Numbered from the stretch's first letter, positions 20,084 to 33,183 are shown. The stretch: 64,000 nt of DNA from Longimicrobiales bacterium (GCA_965218295.1 CBDCKN010000013.1:352001-416000); one strand, 5' to 3'. Program-made: numbers and translations. The notes: generated by a model not told the origin, from the sequence alone.

Positions 20084-20844
20084 TGTGACGAACCGGAGAT
20101 GCGCTCCGCGGAGGACGGCCGGAGATACTCGGGCCCCCAACGGGCCACATCGGCGACGGGAGCTCGCTCGGGTCCATTCCTCAGAATCGTGAGAAGTCCA
20201 TCCCCCGTGGGCATTCCCAGGGGCGGCGGGAGCACCGGAAAGCCGGCGCCGCGGATCTCGTCCGCGTGGCGGTCGGCCCCGTCGCCGCCGAAGATGGAGA
20301 AGGGCACGCTATCCGAGAGGATCTCTCCGATGGTGGTCGAATGAGGCGGGATGAGCTCCTCGAGCCCCTGCTCGGTGGGGAGATAGCACGCGGCGTACAC
20401 GCGGTCGCTCCTGGCATCGAAGAGGATGTAGCGGGGCCACGTGCGTTCGTCGTCGGAAAGCTCGACCCGGGACTCGTCGGAAAGGGGGACCCAGGGTGCG
20501 TCCACGGCCGCAGCCCCCGCCTCCAGCGACGAGACAGCCCAAAGGGGGACGTCGAGGGCCTGAGCCAGCCCCTTGGCCGTGGCCGCCGCCACGCGGACCC
20601 CGGTGAAGGAGCCGGGCCCCGACCCGACTACGAGGCCGGACAGCTCCCCCAGGTCCACCCCTCCCCCCTCGAGCGTCTCCTGGATCTTGGGTATCAGATC
20701 CGACGAGTGGGCGCCCTGCCTTCTCAGAGCGCTCCGTGCCAGGACATCCGTGCCGGCGCCCACGGCTACCGACCCCAAGGGCGTGGACGTGTCGAAGGCC
20801 AAGTAGAAGCCTTGCGTCGATCGAGGGGAGACCGCGTCGCTCAT
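20080..20844 (-). CDS. tsaB: t6A biosynthesis protein TsaB
   Basis: LAFDTS, HSSDLIP, GPGSFTGVRV, DARSDRVY. Confidence 0.92.
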   Translation of the reverse strand: MSDAVSPRSTQGFYLAFDTSTPLGSVAVGAGTDVLARSALRRQGAHSSDLIPKIQETLEGGGVDLGELSGLVVGSGPGSFTGVRVAAATAKGLAQALDVPLWAVSSLEAGAAAVDAPWVPLSDESRVELSDDERTWPRYILFDARSDRVYAACYLPTEQGLEELIPPHSTTIGEILSDSVPFSIFGGDGADRHADEIRGAGFPVLPPPLGMPTGDGLLTILRNGPERAPVADVARWGPEYLRPSSAERISGSSQ

Positions 20845-21298
20845 GCGCTCAGCGAGACCGGAAAGCCGGGAAGGTGGGGTGGGCGACCGACACGACTCAC
20901 TTCGACGGTGCGGCTGTCCGGGTCCCCGTCGACGCGATCCAGTGCGACCTCCCAGCGATCGGGGGGGAGCAGCTCCTCGGCCCGCTCCGGCCACTCCACC
21001 AGGACGAGCTCGTCAGGCGCTCCCAACTCCTGCCAACCCAGCTCCCAGAGCTCCTCCGGCTCGGAGAGGCGGTACAAGTCCAGATGCACGACCTGGAGTC
21101 CCCGGGGCACCGGATAGCGAAAAACGAGGTTGAAGGTCGGAGAAGGGATCGGCCCTTCTACACCGGCCCCCCTGGCGATGGCGCGAGCCAGGACCGACTT
21201 ACCAGCTCCCAGCGGCCCCCGGAGCAGCACGAACATCGGGGAGTGCACTTCGGCACCTATGACCTCGCCCCAACGGACCAGCTCCGCCTCGCTGAGAT

Positions 21299-21302
<4 letters not shown>
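20841..21302 (-). CDS. tsaE: t6A biosynthesis ATPase TsaE
   Basis: [27 protein letters not shown]. Confidence 0.95.
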
Positions 21303-23287
<1,985 letters not shown>

Positions 23288-23330
23288 CGATGCGTCGGTG
23301 TCTCGAACGTTCTGCTCGACCGGTGTTCGG

Positions 23331-25535
23331 CTACTGGAGGTCGGACTCCTGGAAGGTCTCCCGCCGGTTCACCTCCAGCACGCCCTTCACGTGGCGGATC
23401 GACTTCATGACCCGGTTCAGGTGGGCCAGGTCCTGGACCTCCACGGAGAACCGGCCCATCATGCCCCTCTCGACACCCCTCATGTCGGCCTGGGCGATGT
23501 CGGTGCCGGTATCGGTGATGGCCTTGGCCACGTCCGACAGGAGGCCTCGCCGATCGGTCCCCTCCATGTACAGCTTCACGAAGAAGCGATCCCCCTTCTC
23601 CGCCGTCCACTCGATCTCCACGCGCCGGTCCTCGGAGAGGTTCAGGATGTTGGGGCAGTCCACGCGGTGGATGGAGACACCCCGCCCCCTGGTGATGTAG
23701 CCGATCACCTTGTCCCCCGGGACCGGCTGACAACACTGGGAGTAGCGGATCATGAGGCTGTCCATCCCCTGGATCCGCACTCCCCGGTTGGAGCGGCGAA
23801 TGCGGTCGGCGATGCGCTCGAGGGCACCCGGTGAGCGGTTGACGACCTCGTGGGGATCCTCGTCCGGGTAGAGGGCCCGGATGACGGCCGTGGGCCCCAC
23901 GTCCCCACGTCCCAGGGCCGACAGCACCTGATCGAACTCGGTGTAGCCGAGGCTCTCGGCGGCCTCCTTCCTCTGCGCGTTGGTGGGCTTCTCCCGCCGG
24001 GCCTTCCTCACCTCCCGCTCGAAGAAGTCCTTTCCGAGCTTGAGGGCCGACTCGTGCTCTTCCTTCCGGATCCACTGCCGGATGCGTCCCCGGGCTCGGG
24101 ACGTCTTTACGAACGCGAGCCAATCCCGGCTCGGACGCGTCCGGGAGTCGGTGATGATCTCCACCGTGTCGCCGCTCTTGAGCTCCCGGGAAAGGGGAGC
24201 GATCCGTCCGTTCACCCTCGCACCGGCACAGTGTTGCCCGACCTCGGTGTGGACTGAGTAGGCGAAGTCGATGGGCGTGGCACCCAGCGGCAGCGTCTTC
24301 ACGTCACCCCCGGGGGTGAAGATGAAGATCTCACCCTGGAACAGGTCCATGCGGAGGAATTCCATGAATTCCTCGGGCTCATCGGTGTCCTTCTGCCACT
24401 CCAGAACCTGACGGAACCAGGTCAGGGCCTCGTCGACCTCGTCGGGCTCCTGCTCCGGCTCCGGCTCGATGAGCCCTTCCTTGTAGCGCCAGTGCGCCGC
24501 GATCCCGTACTCGGCGGTGCGGTGCATCTCCTCGCTGCGGATCTGGATCTCGTACCTGCGCCCCCCGGGTCCGATGACCGTCGTATGGAGCGAGCGGTAC
24601 ATGTTGGACTTGGGCGTGGCGATGAAGTCGTGGAAGCGGTCTTGGACGGGGGTCCAGCGGTTGTGGATGACGCCGAGGGCCGCATAGCAGTTTTGGACGC
24701 TGTCGGTGAGCACCCGCATGGCCATGAGGTCGTAGATATCCGCGTAGGGCACGCCGCGATGGACCATCTTGCGGTAGATGGACCAGAGGTGCTTGGGACG
24801 GCCGGTCACCTCGGCCGGCACGCCGGCTTCCGCCAGCGCCTCATCGAGGGGGCGCTTCATCTCCAGGATCTGTCGCTCTCGCTCCTTGCGCCGCTGGCGG
24901 ACCTTCTTGCCCAGCTTCGCGTGGGCGTCGGGCTCCAGATACTTGAAGGCCAGATCCTCCAGCTCCCAGCGGATGGCGGCCATCCCCAGACGATGCGCCA
25001 GCGGGGCGTAGATCTCCCGCGTCTCGAGGGCGATCCGGCGCTGTTTCCCCGGCTTGAGGGCATCCAGGGTGCGCATGTTGTGCAGGCGGTCTGCCAGCTT
25101 GACCAGGATCACCCGGGCGTCCCGAGCCATGGAGAGGAGGAGCTTGCGGTAGGTGTCGACCTGCTGTTCGGTGTGGGAGCGGAACTCCACGCGACCGATC
25201 TTCGTGACCCCGTCCACGATGGTGGACACGCTCTCGCCGAAGCGCTTGTCGATGTCGGCCAGGGAGACGGTCGTGTCCTCGACAACGTCGTGGACCAGGC
25301 CCGACACCAGGGAATCGGTGTCGAGGCCCAGCAGAGCCAGGATGGTAGCTACCTCTACGGCGTGGCTGACGAACTCGTCGCCCGACGCCCGACGCTGGCC
25401 CGCGTGGGCCTCTTTGGCGAGCTCATAGGCGTCGCGCACCGCGTCGACGTCCAGTCGGTCGGCGTACGACTCCATGGCCCTGGCGAGAGGCCGGGGCAAG
25501 CCTCGAATCGTGCGGGTAGCTGTCGCGGTAGGCAT
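23331..25535 (-). CDS. rel: Bifunctional (p)ppGpp synthetase/hydrolase (RelA/SpoT)
   Basis: HD domain HDVVEDT, synthetase YRSLHT..EIQIR, TGS and ACT domains. Confidence 0.96.
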   Translation of the reverse strand: MPTATATRTIRGLPRPLARAMESYADRLDVDAVRDAYELAKEAHAGQRRASGDEFVSHAVEVATILALLGLDTDSLVSGLVHDVVEDTTVSLADIDKRFGESVSTIVDGVTKIGRVEFRSHTEQQVDTYRKLLLSMARDARVILVKLADRLHNMRTLDALKPGKQRRIALETREIYAPLAHRLGMAAIRWELEDLAFKYLEPDAHAKLGKKVRQRRKERERQILEMKRPLDEALAEAGVPAEVTGRPKHLWSIYRKMVHRGVPYADIYDLMAMRVLTDSVQNCYAALGVIHNRWTPVQDRFHDFIATPKSNMYRSLHTTVIGPGGRRYEIQIRSEEMHRTAEYGIAAHWRYKEGLIEPEPEQEPDEVDEALTWFRQVLEWQKDTDEPEEFMEFLRMDLFQGEIFIFTPGGDVKTLPLGATPIDFAYSVHTEVGQHCAGARVNGRIAPLSRELKSGDTVEIITDSRTRPSRDWLAFVKTSRARGRIRQWIRKEEHESALKLGKDFFEREVRKARREKPTNAQRKEAAESLGYTEFDQVLSALGRGDVGPTAVIRALYPDEDPHEVVNRSPGALERIADRIRRSNRGVRIQGMDSLMIRYSQCCQPVPGDKVIGYITRGRGVSIHRVDCPNILNLSEDRRVEIEWTAEKGDRFFVKLYMEGTDRRGLLSDVAKAITDTGTDIAQADMRGVERGMMGRFSVEVQDLAHLNRVMKSIRHVKGVLEVNRRETFQESDLQ

Positions 25536-25703
25536 CCTTCAGCTACCCCCACTTTCACACATCTGTTTCCCGATCTCTGGCCACCTCGGAAGCGGAAAAG
25601 AATCGCAGGGCGGCGTGCGGCAGGTGCAATTTGGAATAGACCGGTCACGTAGCCTATCGTAGCCCTCCTGGACGACCCACCCCTAGGGGAACTGAAGAAC
25701 CGC

Positions 25704-25896
25704 ATGAAATCTATGCGTCTACTCGCTTTCCTCGCCATCGGCGTCACTTCGTTGGTGCTCTCGTACACCGGCGGCGAATCCCCCACGGGGGACGGCTCGG
25801 GAGGCTGGATCCGGGGGAGACCGCCACCCTCACTGGAGTAGCGACCGTGGAGGCGTTCGCGGCAGGCGGGTTCGTGATCAGCAGAGTGATCTCATA
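25704..25896 (+). pseudogene. Probable remnant of a secreted/lipoprotein gene
   Basis: MKSMRLLAFLAIGVTSLVLSYTGGESPTG signal-peptide-like start, then frameshift and early stop. Confidence 0.35.
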
Positions 25897-26566
25897 ACAA
25901 GCCCCCGTCCTCGGCAATGGACACGAAGCGGCCATCGCCCACCACCACGTGGTCGACGACCGGAATGCCCACCGCCGTACCGGCACGCGCAAGCTGGCTG
26001 GTCACTGCCCGGTCCTCCGCCGAGGGGGTCGGATCGCCCGACGGGTGGTTGTGGACGAGGATGATGCCGGCCGCGCTCCGGACGATTGCGGGCCTGAACA
26101 CCTCCCGGGGGTGGATGAGGGAGGCGTCCAAGATGCCACGCCTGATGAGAACCTCCCCGATCACGCGGTGCTGAGACGACAGCAGGAGCGCGTGGAACTC
26201 CTCCTGCTGCAGGTCGCGCAGGCGCGGCTCCATGCGGTCGAATACGTCCCTGGCGCCACGGATGCGCTCTCCCGGGTAGCGCTCCTCAGCGCTCGCCCTA
26301 CGCCCCAGCTCCAGGGCGGCCGAGATCCGGGCGGAGGTGGCCTCCCCTACCCCGCGGATGGCCGTAATCCCCAGCGGCGTAAGGGATCCCATTGCCCGGA
26401 GGGACCCGTTCACACCGGCCAGCACCGCCTCCGCGATCTCCAGCACCGAGGCCTCGCGGCCCCCACTCCCAATCGGAATCGCCAGCAGCTCGCGGCTCGA
26501 GAGGGCCCCGGGACCCAGCGTGATGAGGCGCTCGCGTGGGCGCTCCTCGGGGGGGAGACAGTGAAT
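25892..26566 (-). CDS. radC: RadC/JAB-domain protein; native start replaced by MITE copy B
   Basis: ERPRERL..ALSSRELLA, HPREVF..HNHPSGDPTPSAED..DHVVVG. Confidence 0.9.
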   Translation of the reverse strand: MHCLPPEERPRERLITLGPGALSSRELLAIPIGSGGREASVLEIAEAVLAGVNGSLRAMGSLTPLGITAIRGVGEATSARISAALELGRRASAEERYPGERIRGARDVFDRMEPRLRDLQQEEFHALLLSSQHRVIGEVLIRRGILDASLIHPREVFRPAIVRSAAGIILVHNHPSGDPTPSAEDRAVTSQLARAGTAVGIPVVDHVVVGDGRFVSIAEDGGLL

Positions 26567-26776
26567 TAGTGTGGTGTCCCAGAAGTGTCTCGGCCATTCG
26601 AGCACCGATGCATCCGGCCCTGCGGCGTTCCTCCTCCTCGGACCACGGCCTTCGGCCGCGGTGCCCGCGTTGCTATTCCTCGTCGTCGCGCCCGACCCAC
26701 GCCTAACGGCGCGGGTACCCCGGATCCGGCGCCTCGGCACTCTCGGTGGCTCGCGAACTTCTGGGACACCACACTA
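26567..26776 (+). mobile_element. Fold-back MITE copy B (210 bp, two micro-hairpin inserts)
   Basis: Perfect 20 bp TIR TAGTGTGGTGTCCCAGAAGT / ACTTCTGGGACACCACACTA. Confidence 0.85.
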
Positions 26777-27025
26777 CGCTGCCTTACCGTTCTCCGAATC
26801 CGGTACCATGGGAACGGCTTGTACGTCTTTGTCGCTGAGAGCCTCCAAGATGGCATCCGTATCGAGCATCTCTTCGAGCTCCTCCAGGGGAGACCGCACT
26901 TCCCAAGGTCTCAGCATGAACTCTCTTCCCGCTCGCTGACGAATCTTGACGTATCCCGTGATCCAGGCCTCATCCATCAGGGCTTCGAGATCGGCCATTG
27001 CCTCCGCGGAGTTGTAGACCTTCAT
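26774..27025 (-). CDS. Orphan Phd/YefM-like antitoxin
   Basis: MKVYNSAEAMADLEALMDEA..VKIRQRAGREFML resembles the Phd fold; stop TAG supplied by the MITE end. Confidence 0.5.
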   Translation of the reverse strand: MKVYNSAEAMADLEALMDEAWITGYVKIRQRAGREFMLRPWEVRSPLEELEEMLDTDAILEALSDKDVQAVPMVPDSENGKAA

Positions 27026-27240
27026 TGGCACCTCCGGTGATCGTTCCTCCAAGTGTCGGTCGGACCATGTAAGAAGCTATGCCCGGGTGGGCGGTTGAAT
27101 GGCTGGATGGGAACCCAACGCCCGCAGAGGGGACCACCCAATCGGGTGGCCGGCGCTCCTTCTTGTCCCACCCAGAGAATCGGTCATTATGGTGTTTTCA
27201 CAGAGGACTGCCGCATGTCTTTGGGAGCACGGAGCATTGA

Positions 27241-28167
27241 ATGACCGGGAGGGTGGGAAGTATGGTCCGGAGGGTAGGGAGTACGGTAGGGTGGCTCATC
27301 GGAGGCGCCTGGGAAGTCCTCCCCTTCAAACGTCCCTTCCTGGAGCCGCTCCGTCGATTGGGGTTCCTGCCGGAGAGCGTGTATCGACACCTCCACTTCC
27401 GGGGCGTCTTCTCCACCGAGGTGGGAGGGACGACCGTGACCCTGCGAAGTCACGGGAATCTCATCGAGAACGACATCTTCTGGAGCGGCTTCTTCGACGG
27501 CTGGGAGGCGGAATCCTTGAGGCTTTGGGCAGCTCTAGCCGAGCGGTCCGACGTCATCCTGGACGTTGGGGCGAACACCGGCATCTATGCGATGGTCGCC
27601 CAGGCCGTCAACGCGTCAGCCACCGTAGTCGCGTTCGAGCCCGTGGAGCGGGTGTACCTCCAGTTGCTCGAGAACGCGGAGCTCAATGGAGGAAGGGTGC
27701 GATGCGTCAACGCAGCCGTGTCGGACCGTTCCGGAGGTGTGACGATGTTCGAGCCCAACGTCGAGCACCCGTACGCGGCAAGTCTCGATCCAACAGTCTT
27801 CGGCCGGGACGTCGGGAAGGATTGGGTACAGGTCGAGGTGAAGGGCATTCGCCTGGACGACTTTCTGTCCGACGCGCAGCTGTCCCCCGACTTGTTAAAG
27901 GTCGACACGGAAGGGCATGAACCGGAAGTGCTGCGTGGCTTGGGCTCAATGCTCGCCGCGAATCGCCCTACACTCCTCCTCGAGGTGCTGACCGACCGTC
28001 ATTCAAGAGAGATCGAGGAGCTGGTACGAGGCTTGGCGTACCGTTCCTATCAGGTTGATGAAGAGGTCGGTCCGACGCTACTGACGGAGGGCGCCAATCC
28101 CTGTGTTGGCCGAAATGTGCTTCTGTGTAGCCCACACATAGCGGAAGGACTGGGCCTCGCGACTTGA
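27241..28167 (+). CDS. FkbM family methyltransferase
   Basis: LDVGANTGIY, AFEP, KVDTEGHE. Confidence 0.9.
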   Translation: MTGRVGSMVRRVGSTVGWLIGGAWEVLPFKRPFLEPLRRLGFLPESVYRHLHFRGVFSTEVGGTTVTLRSHGNLIENDIFWSGFFDGWEAESLRLWAALAERSDVILDVGANTGIYAMVAQAVNASATVVAFEPVERVYLQLLENAELNGGRVRCVNAAVSDRSGGVTMFEPNVEHPYAASLDPTVFGRDVGKDWVQVEVKGIRLDDFLSDAQLSPDLLKVDTEGHEPEVLRGLGSMLAANRPTLLLEVLTDRHSREIEELVRGLAYRSYQVDEEVGPTLLTEGANPCVGRNVLLCSPHIAEGLGLAT

Positions 28168-28178
28168 TGGGAACGCCG

Positions 28179-31100
28179 CTACGCCCGCCCGTGGCACTTC
28201 TTGTACTTCATACCCGACCCGCACGGACACGGCTCGTTCCTCCCCGGTTCCTTCGTGGCCGTCACCGGCGCCCGGACCCGCTCCTCGCCGCGGTTGGTGA
28301 CGAGCTGCCTCGGGTCCTGGGGCGAGGGCACGCCGTCGACGGAGCCCAGGGGCACGGTCCGCCCTCCTCCACCATTTCCGTCCGCCCGCGCTGCACGGAC
28401 GACGCCTAGGTCGTCCACCCGGCCCTGGCCGCTGCCGGTCGTCTGCGTTGCCCGTTCCGCGGCCGCGGCCCGGGCGATGGCCCCCCCACCCACCACCTCC
28501 GACGGACCGGTGTACTGGAGTCTCTGAGGCTGTCGCACCTGCGGCTGAGGCTGACCGATCTGGGCCTTGAACGTCAGGTTCGAGACGGTCCCCCTCAGGT
28601 CGCCCATGAGGTCCACGAACATCTCGTAGGCCTCTTTCTTGTACTCGACGAGCGGATCCTTCTGACCCCACCCCCGGAAGCCGATGGACGCCTTCAGGTG
28701 GTCCAGGTCGTAGAGGTGATCCTTCCACTTCCCGTCGATTACGCTGAGCATGATGTAGCTGGTCACGCCCTCGACGTGTTCCCCGAAGCTCTCGATCTTG
28801 CGGCGGAACTGCTCGTGGACGCCGCTGACCGCCTTTTCCTGGATCTCGTGGCGCTCCCACTCGTGCTCGGGGTCGTTCTCGTCCGGGAGGTCGTGGACCA
28901 CGGTGAAGTAGTCGAGCATGAGCCGCTTCTTGAGCCCCGCCAGATCCCAGTCGTCGTCGTACTCGAAGTCCAGGTACTCGTCCACGGTGGACTCGACGGC
29001 GTACTCGATCATCTCCCACATCTCGCCCTTGAGGTCCTCCCCGCCCTCGAGGGCGAACAGGCGGCGATCGTAGATGACTTCGCGCTGCTGGTTCATGACG
29101 TCGTCGTAGTCCAGCAGGCGCTTCCTAGCCTCGAAGTTGTTGCCCTCCACGCGCTTCTGCGCGGTCTCGATGGAGCGCGTGACCAGGGGATGGGTGATGA
29201 CCTCACCCTCCTCGGCACCGAGCTTGTCCATGGCGTTGGCCAGGCGGTCTCCGACGAACAGGCGCATGAGGTCGTCCTCCACCGAGATGAAGAACTGGGT
29301 CGCCCCCGGATCGCCCTGCCTTCCCGAGCGGCCTCGAAGCTGGCGGTCGATCCGCCTTGACTCGTGGCGCTCGGAGCCCAGGATGTGGAGGCCGCCCCTC
29401 TCGATGAGGTAGTCGTCGGGCTTGCCCTCGAAGTCCATGTCCCGGGTCGGATCTACGGGAACGAGCTCGTCCAGATCGAGGTCTCGCTCCTTGGCCCAGC
29501 CCACCGTCCGGGCATCGGTGACGCCCTCGCCCAGCTTAATGTCGGTTCCGCGACCGGCCATGTTGGTGGCGATGGTCACGGCGCCGGCGCGGCCCGCCTC
29601 CGCCACGATCTCCGACTCCTGCTTGTGCTGCTTGGCATTCAGGACGTTGTGGACGACTCCGCGCCGCTTGAGCATCCGGGAGAGCGTCTCGGAGATCTCG
29701 ACGTTGGTCGTCCCCACCAGCACGGGGAGCTCCATCCTGTGCAGCCGCTCGATCTCGTCCATGAGCGCCTGGTACTTCTCGTGCTTGGTGCGGAAGATGA
29801 GGTCGTCCCGGTCGTCGCGGATGATGGGGCGATTCGTCGGGATCACGAAGACTTCCAGCTTGTAGATCTGGTGGAACTCGGTCTCCTCCGTCTCCGCCGT
29901 ACCCGTCATCCCGGCGAGCTTGTCGTACATCCGGAAGTAGTTCTGGATCGTGATCGTGGCGAGGGTCTGGGTCTCGCCCTTGATCTCCACCCCTTCCTTC
30001 GCCTCCACCGCCTGATGTAGCCCGTCGCTCCAACGCCGTCCGGCCATCTGACGACCGGTGAACTCGTCGACGATGACGATGGCCCCGTCCTCGCCGATGA
30101 TGTACTTCTCGTCCTTCTGGAAGAGCGTGTACGCCTTTAGGAGCTGGTGGATGACGTGGATCTTCTCGCTCTTCCCTGCGTACTCGGCCTCCAGTCTGGA
30201 CATCATCTCCCGCTTGGCGTCCACGGAGAGGGACTCGTCCTCCTGGATCTTGCCCATAGCCTCGGAGAGGTCCGGCACCACGAACGCCTCGGGGTCCCCG
30301 GGAGAGAGCTCGTCCAGGCCCGCATCCGAGAGGTGCACGGCGTGGCCCTTCTCGTCCATGGCGAAGAAGAGCATTTCGTCCACGTCGAAGAGGCGCTTCT
30401 CGCGCATATAGTCGGCCTCGACCTTCAGGACCAGTTTCTGCAGGCCGGGATCGTCGGCGAAGAGCTTCAGGAGCCTCTTGTTGCGCGGCCCTCCTCGCTT
30501 GGCGGCCAGCAGCTTCTCGCCCGCCTCGAACTCATTCCCCTGCTCCAACTCCTTCTCGGCCTCGGCGATGAGCTCGCTGACGGTGCGGGTCTGTTTCTTG
30601 TAGAGGCTTCCGACGAGCGTGTTGTACTTCTTGAAGGGCGTCGACGTATCGCGGCCCACGGGCCCGGAGATGATCAGGGGCGTACGGGCCTCGTCGATGA
30701 GGATGGAGTCCATCTCGTCGATGATGGCGTACCAGTGACGGCGCTGGACCCGCTGCTCCAGGGCGTGGACCATGTTGTCCCGGAGATAGTCGAAGCCGAA
30801 CTCGTTGTTGGTCCCGTACGTGATGTCCGCGGCGTACGCGGCGGTGCGCTCGGGGGAGTGAGGCTCGTACTTGTCGATGCAGTCCACGTTGAGGCCGAGG
30901 TAGTTGTAGATGTAGCCCATCCACTCGGCGTCACGCTGGGCCAGATAGGTGTTTACGGTGATCAGATGCGCGCCCCGCCCGGCGAGGGCGTTCAGGTAGA
31001 GCGGCATGGTGGCCACGAGAGTCTTCCCCTCCCCGGTGGCCATCTCGGCGACCCTGCCCCGGTGGAGGGCAATGGCGCCGACGAGCTGGACGTCGTAGGG

Positions 31101-31520
31101 GATCATCTCCCAGACCGACTTCTGGCCCGTGACGATCACCTCCCTGCCCATGAGGCGGCGGCAAGCTTCCTTCACAGTGGCGAAGGCCTCGGGGAGGATG
31201 TCCTCGAGGGCGTCCTCGATGATCTCGATAAGCTTCGCGTCGAGGTCGCTCAGCTCCTCCTGAAGCTCCTGGCGCCTCTCGGGATCCTCGGAGTGGCGCT
31301 TCTCCTCACCGAGGCTGTCGATCTCGGCCTCGACGGCCTCCGTGGCCGCCTTGATGCGGTCCTTGAAGTCGTCGGTCTTGGCCTTCAGCTCCTCGTCTGA
31401 GAGGGCCTCGTACTCCTCGTACAGCCCGTTGATCTCGTCGACCAACGGCTGGAGCTTCTTCGCCTCACGAATGTGCCGTGAGCCGAGGATCTTCTTGACG
31501 ACTGCCTTGAGCATGCTCAA
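28179..31520 (-). CDS. secA: Preprotein translocase SecA
   Basis: MATGEGKT, DEARTPLIISG, RRIDRQLRGRSGRQGDPG, C-terminal GRNEPCPCGSG..YKKCHG. Confidence 0.98.
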   Translation of the reverse strand: MSMLKAVVKKILGSRHIREAKKLQPLVDEINGLYEEYEALSDEELKAKTDDFKDRIKAATEAVEAEIDSLGEEKRHSEDPERRQELQEELSDLDAKLIEIIEDALEDILPEAFATVKEACRRLMGREVIVTGQKSVWEMIPYDVQLVGAIALHRGRVAEMATGEGKTLVATMPLYLNALAGRGAHLITVNTYLAQRDAEWMGYIYNYLGLNVDCIDKYEPHSPERTAAYAADITYGTNNEFGFDYLRDNMVHALEQRVQRRHWYAIIDEMDSILIDEARTPLIISGPVGRDTSTPFKKYNTLVGSLYKKQTRTVSELIAEAEKELEQGNEFEAGEKLLAAKRGGPRNKRLLKLFADDPGLQKLVLKVEADYMREKRLFDVDEMLFFAMDEKGHAVHLSDAGLDELSPGDPEAFVVPDLSEAMGKIQEDESLSVDAKREMMSRLEAEYAGKSEKIHVIHQLLKAYTLFQKDEKYIIGEDGAIVIVDEFTGRQMAGRRWSDGLHQAVEAKEGVEIKGETQTLATITIQNYFRMYDKLAGMTGTAETEETEFHQIYKLEVFVIPTNRPIIRDDRDDLIFRTKHEKYQALMDEIERLHRMELPVLVGTTNVEISETLSRMLKRRGVVHNVLNAKQHKQESEIVAEAGRAGAVTIATNMAGRGTDIKLGEGVTDARTVGWAKERDLDLDELVPVDPTRDMDFEGKPDDYLIERGGLHILGSERHESRRIDRQLRGRSGRQGDPGATQFFISVEDDLMRLFVGDRLANAMDKLGAEEGEVITHPLVTRSIETAQKRVEGNNFEARKRLLDYDDVMNQQREVIYDRRLFALEGGEDLKGEMWEMIEYAVESTVDEYLDFEYDDDWDLAGLKKRLMLDYFTVVHDLPDENDPEHEWERHEIQEKAVSGVHEQFRRKIESFGEHVEGVTSYIMLSVIDGKWKDHLYDLDHLKASIGFRGWGQKDPLVEYKKEAYEMFVDLMGDLRGTVSNLTFKAQIGQPQPQVRQPQRLQYTGPSEVVGGGAIARAAAAERATQTTGSGQGRVDDLGVVRAARADGNGGGGRTVPLGSVDGVPSPQDPRQLVTNRGEERVRAPVTATKEPGRNEPCPCGSGMKYKKCHGRA

Positions 31521-31564
31521 TGGGCTCTAATCCTTCTCAGGCATCCGGCAACGGACTCCAGGTC

Positions 31565-31783
31565 TCATTCGGGCTGGGCCACCACTACACCGAAGCGAAT
31601 AAACTTGTACCAAAAGCGTTCGTGCAGGTAGTAGAGGGCCAACTTCGTGACCACCTCGATGGCACCCACCTGCACGCCTACCTGCCAGTCACCCGTCACC
31701 CACCACGCGATGATGACGGTGTCAAAAGTCGCCAAGCATCTCCATGTGATCGCCTTCACGACGTGCCGTCTTCGTGAGATCAT
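31565..31783 (-). CDS. DUF2061 small membrane protein
   Basis: RHVVKAITWR..TKLALYYLHERFW. Confidence 0.85.
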   Translation of the reverse strand: MISRRRHVVKAITWRCLATFDTVIIAWWVTGDWQVGVQVGAIEVVTKLALYYLHERFWYKFIRFGVVVAQPE

Positions 31784-31853
31784 ATTCGCTCCACCTAGGA
31801 ATGTGTTGTTCGTCCGCCGCGGCCCCATTGCTCGCACGGCCGACTCAGGGCCC

Positions 31854-32459
31854 TCAATCCCGGTAGAGCCCCTCTCGCTCGATGACCTCGGCCACTCCCT
31901 TGGGGACGAGGTGACGGAAGGGCTCGCCTTCCCGGATGCGCCGCCGGATCTCGGACGACGAAACGTCGACCCTCGATACGTGGGCCGACGTCCACTGTAC
32001 GTTCACGCCCGGATCCACGTCCCGGGGGTTCTCGCCCTCCCGCTCCAGAACCCACAGCCGGGCCAGACGGGCCACCTCCTCCGGCTCTCTCCACGTGGAG
32101 AGCTCGGCGAACTGATCGGCCCCCAGGATCAGCACGGGATCGACGTCGGGATACTCGGACCGCAGGGCACGAAGCGTGTCCACCGTGTAGGAGGGCCCCT
32201 CGCGAGCGAGCTCCAGATCGCTCACCACCTGTCCCTCGACTCCGTCCGTGACGGCCCTCACCATTTCCAGGCGGAGACCCGCGGGAGCGATGCGGCGATG
32301 GGGCTTGTGCGGGGGAATCCGGACGGGCATCCAGACGACCTCGTCCAGGTCCTCCGTCTCCACGAGCTGCCGTGCCACGGCGAGGTGGCCGATGTGGGGG
32401 GGGTCGAACGTGCCCCCGAAGACCCCGAGACGGCGGGGGCGTTCTCCCTTAGGCTCCAT
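31854..32459 (-). CDS. nadD: Nicotinate-nucleotide adenylyltransferase
   Basis: GGTFDPPHIGH, SYTVDTL, VSSSEIR. Confidence 0.96.
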   Translation of the reverse strand: MEPKGERPRRLGVFGGTFDPPHIGHLAVARQLVETEDLDEVVWMPVRIPPHKPHRRIAPAGLRLEMVRAVTDGVEGQVVSDLELAREGPSYTVDTLRALRSEYPDVDPVLILGADQFAELSTWREPEEVARLARLWVLEREGENPRDVDPGVNVQWTSAHVSRVDVSSSEIRRRIREGEPFRHLVPKGVAEVIEREGLYRD

Positions 32460-33183
32460 TCTCGAGTAGTTTGGCGGGCTCGGAGTCCGGATACAGCTCG
32501 AGCAGCTTTTCGCGAGTCTCCTCGACGTCCTGTCTGTAGCCGATCTTCTCGAAGGCCTCGATCTTCTTCAACAACGCCCAGGGCGCCCAGCTCGACTCGG
32601 GGTAGCTCGCCTCGACCTCCTCGAAGTAGAGGATGGCCGAGTCCAGAAGATTCCTCTTCATATAGTGGAGCCCCGTGGTGTAGTCCTGCTCGGCGAGCTT
32701 GTCGTGCATCTCCACGGCGACCTCCGAGGCTCGGAGGCCGATGAGCGTTCCGGCGTAGTCGGACGCCGTCTGTCGGCAGTTCGTCCGGGCCTGCCGTGTG
32801 AACGACTGGTCGCGATGAGGCGTGGGCGACAGCCCGGCCAACGAGCGGCAGATTCCCAAGGCCGCGTGGGGCGCCGTTGTGTCCGTCGGGAAGCGGTCGA
32901 GCGCCCGCTGATACTCCGACCGGGACTCGATGTAGTGCTCCCTCTCGTACTCCGACCGGGCGAGCTGCAGTCGTGCCTCGGCGGCGAATTCGAAGCCGGA
33001 TGTCAGGAGCACGTTCTGGAACGCCTCGGCAGCCGTGCTCCACCGCTCCTCTTGCATGGCCTGGACTCCGATGTTGTAGACCTCCATGGTGGTCAGGCCG
33101 GGGAACGGCCGGCCCCCGCCACAGGCGATGAAGGCAAGGCCTGAAATCAGGAATGTTAGGGGTGCTCGGAGGTCGATTCTCAT
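32449..33183 (-). CDS. bamD: Outer membrane assembly lipoprotein BamD
   Basis: Lipobox FIAC, TPR helices, RDQSFTRQA, upstream of nadD. Confidence 0.85.
   Translation of the reverse strand: MRIDLRAPLTFLISGLAFIACGGGRPFPGLTTMEVYNIGVQAMQEERWSTAAEAFQNVLLTSGFEFAAEARLQLARSEYEREHYIESRSEYQRALDRFPTDTTAPHAALGICRSLAGLSPTPHRDQSFTRQARTNCRQTASDYAGTLIGLRASEVAVEMHDKLAEQDYTTGLHYMKRNLLDSAILYFEEVEASYPESSWAPWALLKKIEAFEKIGYRQDVEETREKLLELYPDSEPAKLLENGA

Noticed and set aside
28179..31520. Unusually long SecA with insertions
   Set aside because: Long SecA variants with such insertions are known in several phyla; all core motifs are normal
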